This document shows, piece after piece, positions 38,357 to 50,877 of a stretch of DNA of 64,000 nt (its first letter is position 1; the number at the start of each line of letters is the position of its first letter). The notes beneath the pieces were generated by a model. The model searched no databases. It was given only the letters and a program-made list of their open reading frames with translations, and was not told the DNA's origin. The stretch spans positions 31,932,001-31,996,000 of the forward strand of contig CM059433.1 of assembly GCA_030390025.1 (NCBI GenBank). Direction: 5' to 3'. A program made the position numbers and the translations under genes. Source of the DNA: Squalus acanthias. Taxonomy: Eukaryota.

Positions 38357-38779
38357 ACATCTTTAACTTCTCTTGTTAACCACAGTTGGACCATTTGTCA
38401 CCAGCAACTCGGGTTAATGGTCGCTGAAAATGTATGAAGCACTACCAGGGGAAAATTTGCACTGGGAGCTAAAGATTTTTAGCCCAGTGCTAACTTACCA
38501 TGTAACACCCTCCTGGTGGCGTAGAGCAGGCATGGGAGTCAAAGTTCCTATCCTGAAGCGGCTTTCCAGCTTCTAACAGCCTCTGAAAGCAAGGCTATGG
38601 AGTTCGCAAGGAATTGTGGGAAATTAAAAGGGCAATGCATTAAAAGGGCAATGCCTTCAGAACTAATAAAAATAAAAATGAATTGGAAAATGCAGTTTTC
38701 AGTCCTTACACTTAAAAAAAAAATTAACATTAAAAAGAGGACTCTTCAGCACTTAAAGCTGAATTTGCTTCCGAACCAC

Positions 38780-38910
38780 AAAAAATGGGAAAAGTGCTTC
38801 TGCTTCCTCTTCTTCTGTTTTCTCCTCTTCAGCTTCCTCCTCTTCTTTTTCCTCCTCTTCAGCTTCTTCCTCGTCTGTTTCTTTCTCTTCTGCATATTCC
38901 TCTTGCTTCT
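38780..38910. repeat. Pyrimidine-rich low-complexity (CTTCCT/CTCTTC) tract
   Basis: Degenerate trinucleotide repeat; reads as poly-Glu on the minus strand. Confidence 0.8.
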
Positions 38911-38916
38911 GCATGC

Positions 38917-39040
38917 TGTAAATCTGAAATGACAGCATAAAATGCTGGAAATACTCAGCAGGTCAGGCAGCATTTCAACCTGAGGCATGAACTCTGTTTC
39001 TCTCTTCATGGGTGTTGCCTGACCTGCTGAGTATTCGCAG
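38917..39040. mobile_element. Penelope-like element-derived inverted-repeat remnant
   Basis: Arms AATACTCAGCAGGTCAGGCAGCA (38950-38972) and TGTTGCCTGACCTGCTGAGTATT (39013-39035). A related half-copy lies at ~59265-59355. Family assignment is from recall of shark repeats. Confidence 0.55.
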
Positions 39041-40469
39041 CCCTTTATTCCTTAAGGGAATGCATATTCGTTGTGAATTATGAATTATTTCTTTCAATGT
39101 TTGCCATTGCTTATGCACCACCATATCTTTTAATCTAGTTTCCCAATCTACCTTACCAACTCACCTCTCATACATAAATAGTTTGCTTTGTTCCGATTTA
39201 AGACCCTAGTTTTGGACTTAACTAAATCACTCTCAAACTCAACAGAAAATTCTATTATATTATGAATACTGCGCCCCAGAGGCTCCTTTACCACAAGCTT
39301 ATTAATTAACCCTGTCTCATTGCACAATACTAGATCTAAAATAGCCTGTTCCCTAGTTGGTTCCTCGACATACTGATCTAGAAAACTATCTTGACTATGC
39401 AAAACTATACAAGTATGCACTGTTGTCACCAGTTAATTGGATGAAATCGATACACTATTTATGCTAATCAACTCCATTGATACTAATTTCTTTAAACTCT
39501 ATTTAAAATTAATTTATTTAAACTCTAATCAACTCAAGTAAAGGAGATTTCTAAAATCTGAAGGTGGGAAACCCGTACAAATTGTTGCGCTCTTTTCCTT
39601 TTATGGAAACGTAACCTATTGTTCTGTTCTGTGGCCGGCCCCTTAGATCTGTATCGGGCACTTCTGACTCACCGCTCTGCTCTCTGTGACCTGTTCCAAT
39701 GAGTTCTCCAGCAAATAGTGGTGTAAATTTGTCACTGGAGGACCAAGGAACGTAAGGATCTAACTTATGGTGGGTGGGGCCAAATGCACCATCCCAGGGA
39801 AATCCAGGCCAATGTGTAACTTAAGAACTGAATAAGAACATAGGGAGAAGTCCTGCCAGTCGATCAAGCTCACTTCTTCCATCCTATCATGCACATTGCC
39901 TCACCAATCTAATCTCCTGAGAGTCAGTTCTCTACCGAATCAGGGCGATTCCCTGATCCTCAAAGGGAATCAAAACCTCCAGAGCAATCAAACGTCATCA
40001 CATTTCCACTGTTCAGCCTTGGCTTGCTTCCTTCCATGAATATATTCCCTATTCCCACATAGGACAGAAGCCATGAATGGCTCATGGAATGTTTGATCAC
40101 CTTTGTCCTTTTCTAACCAACAACCCCATTGCTAACCAAACATTTGCCTGTTTCCTTTCCGAAAGCATTAATCAAGCTAATATTGACAGCTTTGACTGAA
40201 CTTTGAAAGATAAAATCATCGAATCTGACAGCATAGGAGATGATGATTTGGACCATTGTGCATGTGCCAGCTCTTGAAAGGCCTATCCACTTAGTTCCAT
40301 CTCCCTAGGCTTTCGCTATACCCATTTAAATGTTTTTTTTCCAATATGTAACACTTCCTTTTCTAAATCGACTATGGTAGAGAAACCTATCCTGTATTAA
40401 AAAAAACCTCCTAATCTTCATTCTGTTGGTGATGATATTAAATTGATGCACACTGACTCATATTCTGGT

Positions 40470-40770
40470 CATTTATCTCATTGTTGTCTGTGGGGCCTTG
40501 TCGTCCGCAAATTGGCTGACCGCATTTCCCCACATTACAAAAGTCCCTCTAAAGTTTCTTTTTGTGAGCAGCACCTTTAGATTTGCTGCGCTACCGCTCG
40601 CACATGTAGTGTCTGACAGGGAACAGCTTGTGAGTGGCTTGCGCGATACCTTCCCGATTGCTGTGCGGCCACGCACATGCGCAGCTTAGAGGGAACATTG
40701 GTGACGACACTGCATAAGTATTTCATTGGCTATAAATCACTTTGGGATGTCCTGAAGTTGTGAAAGAATA
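40470..40770 (+). mobile_element. Deu-SINE fragment interrupted by an hAT-type MITE (~40538-40700)
   Basis: The SINE 3' part is split by a segment ending TTAGAGGGAACATTG, the same terminus as 35229-35324. Confidence 0.65.
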
Positions 40771-40771
40771 A

Positions 40772-41530
40772 TAGAATCATGGAACAGTACAACACAAAAG
40801 AAGGCCATTAGGCCCATCAAGTCTGTGCCTGCGCCTTCAAAGGGCAATCCAGTTAGTCCCACTGTGGAAATGTGAGGAAATGCAGCAACCAATTTGCACA
40901 CAGCAAGCTCCCACAAACAACAATGAGATAAATGTCCAGATGATCTGTTTCAGTCCCCCGCTCTTTCCCCATATCCCTGCAATTTCTTTCTCCTTCAAGT
41001 ATTTATCCAATTCCCTTTTGAAGGTTACTATTGAATCTGTATCCACCACCCTATCAGGCAGTGCATTCGAAATCCTAACCACTCATTGTGTAAAAAAGTT
41101 TTTCCTCATGTTGCCTCTGGTTCTTTTGCCAATCACCATAAACCTGTGCCCTCTGGTTATTGACCCTTCAGCCATTGGAAACAGTTTCTCTTTATTTACT
41201 CTATCTAAATCCTTCATGATTTTAAACACTTCTATCAAATCTCCTCTCAATCTTCTCTGCTCCAAGGAGAACTACCCCACTTTCTCCAGTCTATCCATGT
41301 AACTGTATTCCCTCATCCCTGGAACCATTCTAGTAAATCTCTTCTGTACCCTCTCCAAAGGCACAATACTCCAGCTGGTGCCGAATTAGTATTTTATTTC
41401 GGTTTAACATAACTTCCTGGCTTTTGTACTCTATGCCTATATTTATAAAGTCCAGGATCACATATGCTTTATTAACTGCTTTGTTAACCAGTCCTGCCAC
41501 CAGCCTGTCTATGTCATCTTGAAGTCTATT
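40772..41530 (-). mobile_element. CR1 3' fragment with an embedded Deu-SINE piece
   Basis: EQRRLRGDLIEVFKIMK...RKNFFTQ and VTFKRELDKYL. Confidence 0.8.
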
Positions 41531-41607
41531 ACTACATAAATGCAAGTTCTTTTTTTCTTTATGTCCTCCTGAAGTCACTTAAAATCCAGAGGTGAAGATA
41601 TATGAAT

Positions 41608-41935
41608 ATAGTGCTTATGGTACTGGACCAGCAACCCAAAGGTCATGGGTTCAAATCCTATCATATCAAGAAGTGAGAAAGAATTCAATAAATTTGGTAA
41701 TTTGTGAGCTGGCATCAGATAAAATGATCATGAATGCTGCCAGATTTTGGTAAAAACCCAACTGATTCACTAATTTCCTTCAGGAAAAGGACGTGCAACC
41801 CCTAGCTAGTCTGGAGTACATGTGACTCCAGTCCCACTCTACGTGGTTGACTGTCAATGCCTTCAGGACAATTAGGGGTAGGAATTAAATATTGCCTTGC
41901 CAGTGCCACCCATATACTGAGAACAAATCTAAGAG
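41608..41935 (+). mobile_element. tRNA-derived SINE with 'MEYSPLAW'-LINE tail
   Basis: B-box GGTTCAAATCC. The 3' end CAATTAGGGGTAGG..TAAAT..CCTTGCCAGTGCCACCCA matches the LINE end at 4372-4420. Confidence 0.6.
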
Positions 41936-43334
41936 AAAGAAACCCATGGGGATTGACACATTTGGCCTACGAGGGATTTTGGGTTAATTTGTATTATGTT
42001 GTTGTTCAGTTAACTTCAAGCCACAGAGGGTTGACTCTTATCTGGCAAATGGTTTAGACCCAATTGCTAGGATTGGATGAATTAGCTAACAGAGATGTGT
42101 GTTTCTTGCATACCATATCAGTTTGAGACAATGGGGTTTGTCAGTACATTTTAGAGACATTCACACCTACAATGTTAGAATGGTTTCCCTTTCCTGAGCA
42201 CTGTGGGGCTTTTAGCTGGTTAGACAATGCAGAAATTGTATCTACCATGGGGCAAGTTGAGCTTCTTCATTCAATATGGTAGTTTCGATCAACAGCTCGA
42301 TCTGCCAACCTTCGACAGAGAAACTGCATCAGAGGTCAAGTTTTTTGCCTTTATCGCTAGCTGAAAAAAGACAGGAAATTGCTCAAGTTTGAACTTGAAG
42401 CAGAGAGGCAAAGAACTCTATATTTCCGAAGATTAATGCCAGTCACTTCAGTGAATACTAACTTGTAAAGGGAAGCTAGGCCTGTATAAAATGTTAAGTT
42501 CACACAATTCATTATTTTTGATGTGATGGGAGATAGGAAAATAGATTGAATTTCATCGAAAAATATATCCTGTTCAGTCATGTATCGTGTGTAAAATGAA
42601 CAGTTTGTTGGTTTGCAATTGGCCTCCCCTCACTAGAATACTCATCAGTCTACCTTCACAAAGATAGGAGAAATGCATGTGGGGCATATTCGAGATCACA
42701 GAATCTAGTCATATTGCTACTGCCCCAAAGTTATGGTGCTGTATGACTAGATATGGAAAGTAAAGGTAAACTCCTATTCACAGGGGACATTGAGTCCGCT
42801 TAGAGGAAAGTTCAATGGCACTGAAACCAAGGAAAAACCTGATGCAAGTATGAGATTTTTAAAAGAGCTTAGTAACATACAGTCATACACTTGTGCCCCA
42901 TCCTTTTGGTGGGTATAGACCCCATTCTTGAAGCACGACTAATTTATTTTGAAAGGGGCAGCAGCAAAGAGACCAAATTGATATTCTGAGCAAGTTAAAC
43001 GCACACAAAAAGGCTATGCCATCATTTACAACAATTTTCCATCGAGTTAGGATTAATCTGGCATGGCTAAAGATGGATAAAGTTGAAGATTACCAACAGT
43101 ATTTGACTGACAACTTGAACTGTGCTTGCAGAAGTGTTGTCAATGGGAGTTTGCTATTGGCTGATATAAACCCTTCAGGTCCCAGTAGAAGGTTGGTAAT
43201 TTCAATCATAGGTTCAAGCTGACTAGTTCTGATATAATGACTGATACTATCCTGATTGCTGTGAATTCAACTGTAGGCAGCATCATACAGTCACGGAGAA
43301 TAGTTTCTTCAGAATTAGTTAGTCTCCTACATAG

Positions 43335-43762
43335 GCTCCTGGTCCAGCAATGCCTCAATTTAAAAATGCTCATCCTTGTGGCCAAATCACTCCATGGCCT
43401 CGCCCCTCCCTAACTCTGTAACCTGCTCCAGCCCTACAACTCTCTGAGATCGCTGTGCTCCTCCAATTCTGGCCTCTTGCGCATCCCTGAGTTTCATCAC
43501 TCCACCTTTGGCAGCCGTGCTTTGAGCTGCCTAGGCCCTAAGATCTGGAATTCCCGGCCTAAACCTCTCCGTCTTTCTACCTTTCCCTCCTCCTTTAAGA
43601 CACTCCTTAAAACCTACCTTTTTGACCAAGCTTTTGGTCACCTATCCTAATATCTCTTTACGTGGCTCGGTGTCAAATTTTGTTTGCTAACACTCCTGTG
43701 AAGCGCCTTGGGACGTTCTATTACATTAAAGGTGCTATATAAATGAAAGGTGTTGCTGTTGT
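43335..43762 (+). mobile_element. L2 LINE 3' fragment
   Basis: FKNAHPC-type region, GGCAGCCGTGCTTTGAGCTGCCTAGGCCCTAAGATCTGGAATTCC, TCCTCCTTTAAGACACTCCTTAAAACC and a TGTTGCTGTTGTT tail. Confidence 0.85.
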
Positions 43763-44251
43763 TCCTTCTTTGGAAGACAGAATTGATACTTTAGTCACCC
43801 ATGGCACTGGAGGGACTTTAAAGTTGGGTAGTTGTGTTGTGAAGGAAATAGCCATATTCCAAGAAATACATCATCCGATAAACAGATTTGATAATATTAA
43901 AACATGACAAACTGGGGTTAAAAATCTAAAAGCCTCAACAACACAAGCCGTAAAACAGAAATACAGGCTTCTGAGATAAAGATCAGTTTTTAACAAAGTT
44001 GGAAACACCACAAGCTTTGAAATGTGTAATGTTTCTAAATACAAAGACATGGCCCTATTGAAACAGCAGGTTGGAGGTTCCTCTATGTCTGAACATTGGA
44101 ACCAACACAATGGAATGACCCAAGTAAAGTGTCAAAATCTAACACGTCGAACAGGTGCACAGAACATTAAAAAAAACAAGTGCCTTTGAAAAAATGACAT
44201 CAAGTACCTGCCATAAAATAGTTTTATGTTAAACTTAAACAAGGAGACATG

Positions 44252-45144
44252 GGGGGAAAAATTCAGTATCGCCTCATTTGGGGCGCAATTATCGCCTGGG
44301 CGCAAAGATTAGCGCCTGGCGCTAATTATCGCCTCCGACTGCAAACTTGACTTTTATCGCCCCTGGAGGTGACTGAAGCGCTAAATCAGGTGCTACACAT
44401 CTGTCTTAAGGCGCAAAGGCCGAGGAGCGAGGCGCTAACTCAGAGCGCTGGCGAAGCTCATGTGATGTCAGTCAGCAATGGAACACAGACACAATGGCCC
44501 CTGCCAGTTCTTAAAGGGGAGGGCTGATCTTGCTTTCCATCCACATCCTGCTCATTGCAGCCTTGAATCTCGGCCTGGAGAGACCTGTACATCAAATCTG
44601 CTGGAAAGATCAATGGAGAGAACCAGGGAAAGAGCTCAGAGTGCAGCCCCCACAGTCTCTTCTAAATCGATACAAGGAAGGGCAAATCAAAATGAACCTG
44701 CAAAGTGCTGCTTAGTACCCAAAACTTCTTCACACAGCATTGAATCTCTCCAGAAGTGTCTCTCTCTCTCTTTCAGAATGCGTGGTTCAAAAATGTCACC
44801 AACAAAAAAAGGCAGGAAGCGGTCGCCTTTAATTAGCGCTCCCCCAGTCCCTTCCTGACTGCAAAACGCTCCCCTCAACCTGTCGTTGCTAGCGGCAGGC
44901 GGTGAGGCAGGGGGCGCCACTCAATATATGCTCCGGGGCACTACCGGGGCGTTGCGCACTCGAATGACGTCACGATCTGCCGGCGCAGGAGATCGTGGCG
45001 GTAGTGTTTAGCGCCATCGCAAAATGTCTAGTTAATTTCCCGAGTGGTGCAAACATCGCTGCGCTCGGGCGTTAGTTGCTTTGCGCCCCATTAGCGCCCT
45101 CTTAAGGCGCTAATGGGAGGCGCAACCAACTGAATTTTCCCTCC
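44252..45144. mobile_element. Harbinger-like MITE family A, copy 3 (inverted relative to copy 1, highly similar)
   Basis: TIR GGGGGAAAAATTCAGT...ACTGAATTTTCCCTCC with TSD ATG (44249-44251 and 45145-45147). Confidence 0.88.
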
Positions 45145-45330
45145 ATGGTTCTTAATATAGCCAATTGAAGTAAATAAGAAATGCAAAGAACCCCCTAGAT
45201 GAAGTGCTTTTGAATTACAAATTGTAAAAAGTACCTACAGAGAGACTTTGTAGATATTACATCAATAGATGACACCAAGCAATCACATTGTTTATGTGTT
45301 AAACTTGGAACATAAGGAGACAGGAGTCTG

Positions 45331-46289
45331 TGTTACAAACAGCAGAGGTGATTTAGAAATTCAATAGAAAGACTTCCTAAGAATGGCATCAAATAGATAA
45401 ATCGATAATAATCATTTTATGATAGTTTTTGAAACACCTAAAGGTAAAGACAGAATTTTAAAAAGTTGGCAGCTGAAATGACAGTAAGAATAGAAAAGAA
45501 TTCAATAGAGTATCACTAGAGACAATTAGCTTACATCAGCAGAATACTTCAAAGAAAATACCACTAAAAAAGAGTATAAAAATACGAGCTTTTCAGATGA
45601 AAAGTCAGAAGTCGCTGGAAGGGCAAGCGATTCTCAACTTCACAGGCACGCGCTGTAAGTTTATAACTCTGAGTCTCGGGTAATCAAGGTATTTGATTTT
45701 GGTGGATATTCTGGATTAAGAAATAAGTAGAAGTGTGGAAATGTAACGAAGTTAAGATTTGAGAATAAGGATCTCTGATAAGAAATGTAAGCTATTTGTA
45801 TTTTGAATTGTTAAAGTTGTGATTGCCATAACAGCTGTTAACTAAATGTCGGTTCTTTAATAAATCTATATATTTTTAGAATTGTCTCAGAGTATTTCTG
45901 TATAAACTCGCAAACTCAATTTCTGTACACTCAAAGGAGTTGCAGAATTCTGGGGGGTATTCCGGACCCTCATAATATCCGGAAGGTTACAGTCTAATTA
46001 AACTTATTGAAAGTGCTATCCGGAGGATGGTAACATCTTCACGTTGTTCCTTTCCTTTAGGAAGAGGTAGTCTGACCTTTAGACCCAATTAAGCATTTTA
46101 TAGAATTCGGCTATCTTTAACTTTAGTTGAAGGTGAACGTTTGGGGAATACACCTGATCTGGGGTAGCCCGAAAAGGGCTACAACTTGTAATTATCCCTT
46201 CAGTGTGGCTTAAGGTGGATGAGGTTATATGCAAGCCCCAAAAGCTCTACTTCTTTGTCCCCACCGTTGGAGCCAACGGAAAAAAAACA
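45331..46289 (+). mobile_element. Possible solo LTR
   Basis: Starts TGTTAC, TATAAAA at ~45574, AATAAA at ~45858, ends in CA. No TSD found. Confidence 0.3.
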
Positions 46290-46309
46290 TTGTAAGAAAG
46301 TATACCCTA

Positions 46310-46820
46310 AATGATAAGATTGTTAACAGAGTGGATGAACAGAGAAATCTAGAGGCATGCAGATATATGGAGCTTTAAAGGTGGGATTGCAGACAGAAAA
46401 AGTCATAAAAAGGCAAATGGGACTTTTTTTTATACATCGGGGCATTAAATGTAAAAGCAAGACGTGCTGTTTAATTTGTACAAGATATTGGTCAGGCCAC
46501 AGTTAAAGAGTATTGGGTGCAGTACTCGGCACTTCATTACAGGAAGAATATTAGAGCATTGGAAAGGTGCAGCAAATAATAAAAGAACTGAGGGGTCACA
46601 ATTATGAAGAAAGGCTTTTTTTTAATTGGAAGAAAGAAGGTTAAGAGGATCCAGTCGCGGTTTTCAGGATACTGTAAAGTTCGAAGAAGGTAAATATCTC
46701 TACTGGCTGGGAAATCACTGACAAGAGAGCACAGATTTAGGATTAGCACCAGAAGAACAACATGTCATTTCTTTAACTGAATGTTGAATACTTTACCAGT
46801 GGCTATTAAGGCAGAGACTG
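46310..46820 (+). mobile_element. Highly degraded CR1 fragment
   Basis: Remnants of KKANG...LYKILVRPQL..YWVQY...YRKNIRALE. Confidence 0.65.
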
Positions 46821-47387
46821 CAGAGGGAATTTTAACTCCCTCCACCTGGTGGAAACTGAGAGGAACGGAGTTAAAATCGAGCTGCTCTATTGCCGCTACA
46901 CTCTCGTCCAGCAGCAGGTTTAAGCCTATGGTTTTGGCCAGTGGCTGAGGCTCCTGTCTGACTCAGGCGAGTGCCTCATTAACGTATTATAATCAGGGTA
47001 CTATGAAGTACATAGGACCGCGATGGCATTTTAACAGTGCTGGTGCCCCTCTCAGTCAAACGTGACATAAAGAAGAAGCAGAGGCCCGAAAAGTTACGTT
47101 TTAAAATTATTGGAGCCAGGAAGAGCAGGTGTGCTCCTCTGGGCCCCACGAGGAAAGTCTGGGTCTTTGATGCCTCCGGGCCGCCCGATCTTCACTCGCT
47201 TTACACCCGATTCAGGCGAGCAAAGTAGAGCATGTGTCAACCAGACAAAGGTGCCGGCCAAAGTGACTCAGACTTTGCCCGTGCAACTCAAAGCATGATA
47301 CAAGAAGACCTGTTCCAGGACCAGGAGCCAATACCATTAGAAGACTGACATTTTTTTTTAAAGCAATGCTTTGCTTTCTAAACTTAC

Positions 47388-47485
47388 CGAAAACTTTACA
47401 AAATTAAAACTGTGATGAGGATACAACCGAAAGTGAAACAGCCAGTAAAATCGATGCAATGGTGAACTTATTTTTCCCTGGTAAT
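47388..47485 (-). CDS. Candidate internal coding exon of an unidentified host gene (98 nt, phase 1 to 0)
   Basis: Acceptor TTCTGTTCTTTTGCTATTAGCAG and donor TCG|GTAAGT. Only one frame is open: (D)YQGKISSPLHRFYWLFHFRLYPHHSFNFVKFS. Confidence 0.6.
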
Positions 47486-48314
47486 CTGCTAATAGCAAAA
47501 GAACAGAAATAACTGAGTTACATTTCCAAAAATGAGGCCGTTATCCACAGGGACGGTGTGGGAAGACCAGATGATATTCTAATCGGGTACTATGAAGTGC
47601 ATAGGACCGCTCTTTCTGGAGCCAAACTCTGAAGGGGACAGTTACCCACTGGTTGACTCGCATCAATGAAGGCCTATTCATGATAATAATGAAACAAATA
47701 AAACTCGCTCTACAAGAGAAAGATTGCAAGAACAGTGCATGTCCTTTCCTTACAAATCTTTATGGATAGTGGATGCATCATTGTGCCTTGGAAGATCCAG
47801 TAATCTCAACAGGAAGGTATGCAAAGCTTTGCAGTACAAAACTGAAGTCCTGCTGTGAAACAATGGGACTCAAAATCCCAGCAGAGTGCCTACCACACAT
47901 GGTTGCTAATATGCTTCACTTGCTTGAATGGGTGCATCTGCAACAACACTCAAGAAGCTTGACACCATCCAGGACAAAGCAGTCCGCTTGATCGGCACCC
48001 ATCCAGTTGTTGTTTGTGGGATTTTGATGCGAGCAATTGAGTGCCGCAATACAACAGTGATTGGACTTCAAAATTACTTCACTGGGTGTGAAGCACTTTG
48101 AGACGTGCTAAAGTTCTAAAAGGTGCCATATAAATGCTAATTCTTTCTTTATAGGGCTGCTACTTGCCAAAAAAAAAACAACAGGTGAAAATTGCTAACA
48201 TTAGCTCAAAGAGGTCCATTAGAAAAGAAATATCAACACATCATTCAGCATCAAACTCAAAATCAGTAACAACCATTAACAACCATCACAACTGAAACTA
48301 TTGGAAAAAACAAT

Positions 48315-49645
48315 GATGAAAGGGGCCATCGACAGTGCTGTCAAGCGGCACTTACTCACCAATAACCTGCTTTCCGATGCTCAGTTTAGGTTCCACCAGG
48401 ACCACTCAACTCCAGACCTCATTATAGTCTAGGTCCAAATATGGACAAAAGAGCTGAATTCCAGAAGTGAGGTGAGAGTGACTGCCCTTGACAACAAGGC
48501 AGCATTTGACTGAGTGTGGCATCAAGGAGCCCTAGTGAAATTGAAGTCAATATAAATCAGGGGTAAAACTCTTAACTAGCTGGAGTCATACCCAGCACAA
48601 AGGAAAATGGTGTGGTTGTTGGAGGCCAATCATCTCAGCCCCAGGACATCGCAGCAGGAGTTCCTCAGGGCAGTGTCCTAAGCCCAACCATCTTCAGCTA
48701 CTTCATCAATGACCTTCCCTCCATCATAAGTTCAGAAGTGGGCATGTTCGCTGATAATTGCACTGTGTTCAGTTCCATTTGCAACTCCTCAGAAAATGAA
48801 GCAGTCCGTGTCCACATTCAGCAAGACCTGGATGGCATTCAGACTTGGGCTGATAAGGGCAAGTAACATTTGTGCCACACAACTGCCAGGCAATGACTAT
48901 CTCCAACAAGAGAGATCACCGCTCCTTGACATTCAACGGCATTGCCATCGCCGAATCCCCCACCATCAACATCCTGGGGGGTCACCATTGACCAGAAACT
49001 TAACTGGACCAGCCACATAAATACTGTAGCTACAAGAGCAGGTCATAGGCTGGGTATTCTGCAGCGAGTGTCCCACCTCCTGACTCCCCAAAGCCTTTCC
49101 ACCATCTACAAGGCACAAGTCAGGAGTGTGATGGAATACTCTCCACTTGCCTGGATGGATGCAGCTCCAACAACACTCAAGAAGCTTAACACCATCCAGG
49201 ACAAAGCAGCCCACTTGATTGGCACCCCATCCACCACCTTAAACATTGATTCCCTCCACCACCGGCACACCGTGGCTGCAGTGTGCATCATCTACAAGAT
49301 GTACTGCAGCAACTCACCAAGGCTTCTTTGACAGCACTTCCCAAACCTGCAACCTCTACCACCTAGAAGTACATGGGTAGCAGGTGCATGGGAACACCTT
49401 CACCTCCAAGTTTCCTTCCAAGTCACACACCACCCTGACTTGGAAATGTATCATCATTCCTTCATCGTTGCTGGATCAAAATCCTGGATCTCCCTCCCTA
49501 ACAGCACTGTTGGACTACCTTTACCACACGGACTGCAGTGGTTCAAGAAGGTGGCTCACCACCACCTTCTCAAGGGAAATTAGGGATGGACAATAAATGA
49601 TGTCCTTGCCAGTGATACCCATATCCCAGGAACAAATAAAAAATA
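48315..49645 (+). mobile_element. 'MEYSPLAW' LINE, degraded RT and 3' end
   Basis: [39 protein letters not shown] and MEYSPLAW. Confidence 0.88.
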
Positions 49646-50292
49646 AACCTCAGCATCTTATTTGATTCCGAGCTGAGCTGCTGACCTCATATCTCTCTTT
49701 CACAAAGACTGTCTGCATAAAATTACCATCCTTTACCCCTACCTCAGCCCATCTTCCATTGAAACCCTCATCAATGACTTTTGTCACCATTAAATTTAAC
49801 TATTCCAATGCTGTCCTTGCTGGTATCCCATCCTCCATAGATATCAGCTCATCCAGCCATAGTCTATCCCACATCAAGCCCCAGTCAGCCATCACTCTTA
49901 TTCTCGTTAAGCTAAGTCCTGGTCTCCCAAAGCCTTAAATTTAGAATTATCAGCCTCATGTTTAACTCAGTTCATGGCCCATTACACACTTTGGAACCTC
50001 CTCCTGCCCTACAAATTCCCTCTCCTGAACTCTGCCTTCCCCGAACTCTGGCTTCTCGTGCATCCTCCCCTCCCTTTGCACCACCCTCCACCACCCACCC
50101 GCATCCCCCCCACCCTCACTCTACCCCCCCCCCACCCCCCACCACCCCGCCACTCCTTAAAACTCAGGTCTTTGACCAAAACTTTGGTCACCCCTCTAAA
50201 TATCTCCATTTTTGGCTTGGCATCCATTTATTGATCACACTGTCGGAGCTTCAGGACATTTAAAAAAATAAAAATGCAAGCTGTTGTTGTGA
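49646..50292 (+). mobile_element. Degraded L2 fragment
   Basis: GAAACCCTCATC..TTTGTCACC..TATTCCAATGCT and CTCCTTAAAAC..TTTGACCAAAACTTTGG, with a TGTTGTTG tail. Confidence 0.65.
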
Positions 50293-50877
50293 AACTCTCG
50301 TTGTCTGGTCCAGGTCCAGTCCCCAGCAACATCAGAAGCCAAGAAAAAAAGCCTAATATTGTACTGAATGGTCTGTTATATGCTCTGCTTACTGTTTACA
50401 TGCAGTGAAAGATAGAAAGAACTTGCATTTGTGGAGTGTCTTTCACATCCTCGGAATGTCCCAAAGCGTTTTACAGCCAATGAGTTATTTAGGAATGCAG
50501 TCGCAGTCAAAGAAGTAAAGGGTGACCTACATTCTTAATATTTGGATTAGAATGCCAAATAATGTCAGTACGGTGAACAAGCTGGAGGAGAACTAAGAAG
50601 TTTGCTTGCAAGCCAGGGATTTATTTGAGAAAATAAGATGTGAATTAATCCCTAAGGGCTGTGTTCTTATCAACTGTAACATTTGGAAACAGTGGATTGT
50701 TCTGGTTTATTTTTTCCATGGCAACTATTATCCTTTATTAAAGATGAAAGTTCTTCAAATTAAAATCCAGAATTCAGAAGTATTTAGGATTAGGGTAGCC
50801 AGTAAAAGAAATAATGTTCTTTATATTTCCTGACACCATACTTTTAAAGGAAAAAAATGCATCAGAAAAAGTGCAAA

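Larger units (their letters stand above)
34770..39390 (-). mobile_element. Old fragmented CR1 ORF2 carrying several nested insertions
   Basis: Colinear pieces: 3' end at 34770-35228, RT at 35325-36286 (NYRPVSLTS, YLDFQK), linker at 37180-37612 and 38357-38395, APE end at 39045-39390 (FLDQYVEEPTREQAILDLVL). Confidence 0.85.

Noticed and set aside
38753..38938. Poly-Glu / poly-Lys ORFs
   Set aside because: Low-complexity tract with no convincing splice context.
39674..39735. Minus-strand exon-like segment (CCTCCAG...GTGAGT)
   Set aside because: Starts with TGA in the phase required after the 47388 exon and lies in MITE-like sequence.
42040..43300. Possible decayed LTR-retroelement or viral coding sequence
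   Set aside because: No diagnostic gag, pol, integrase or env motif could be read.
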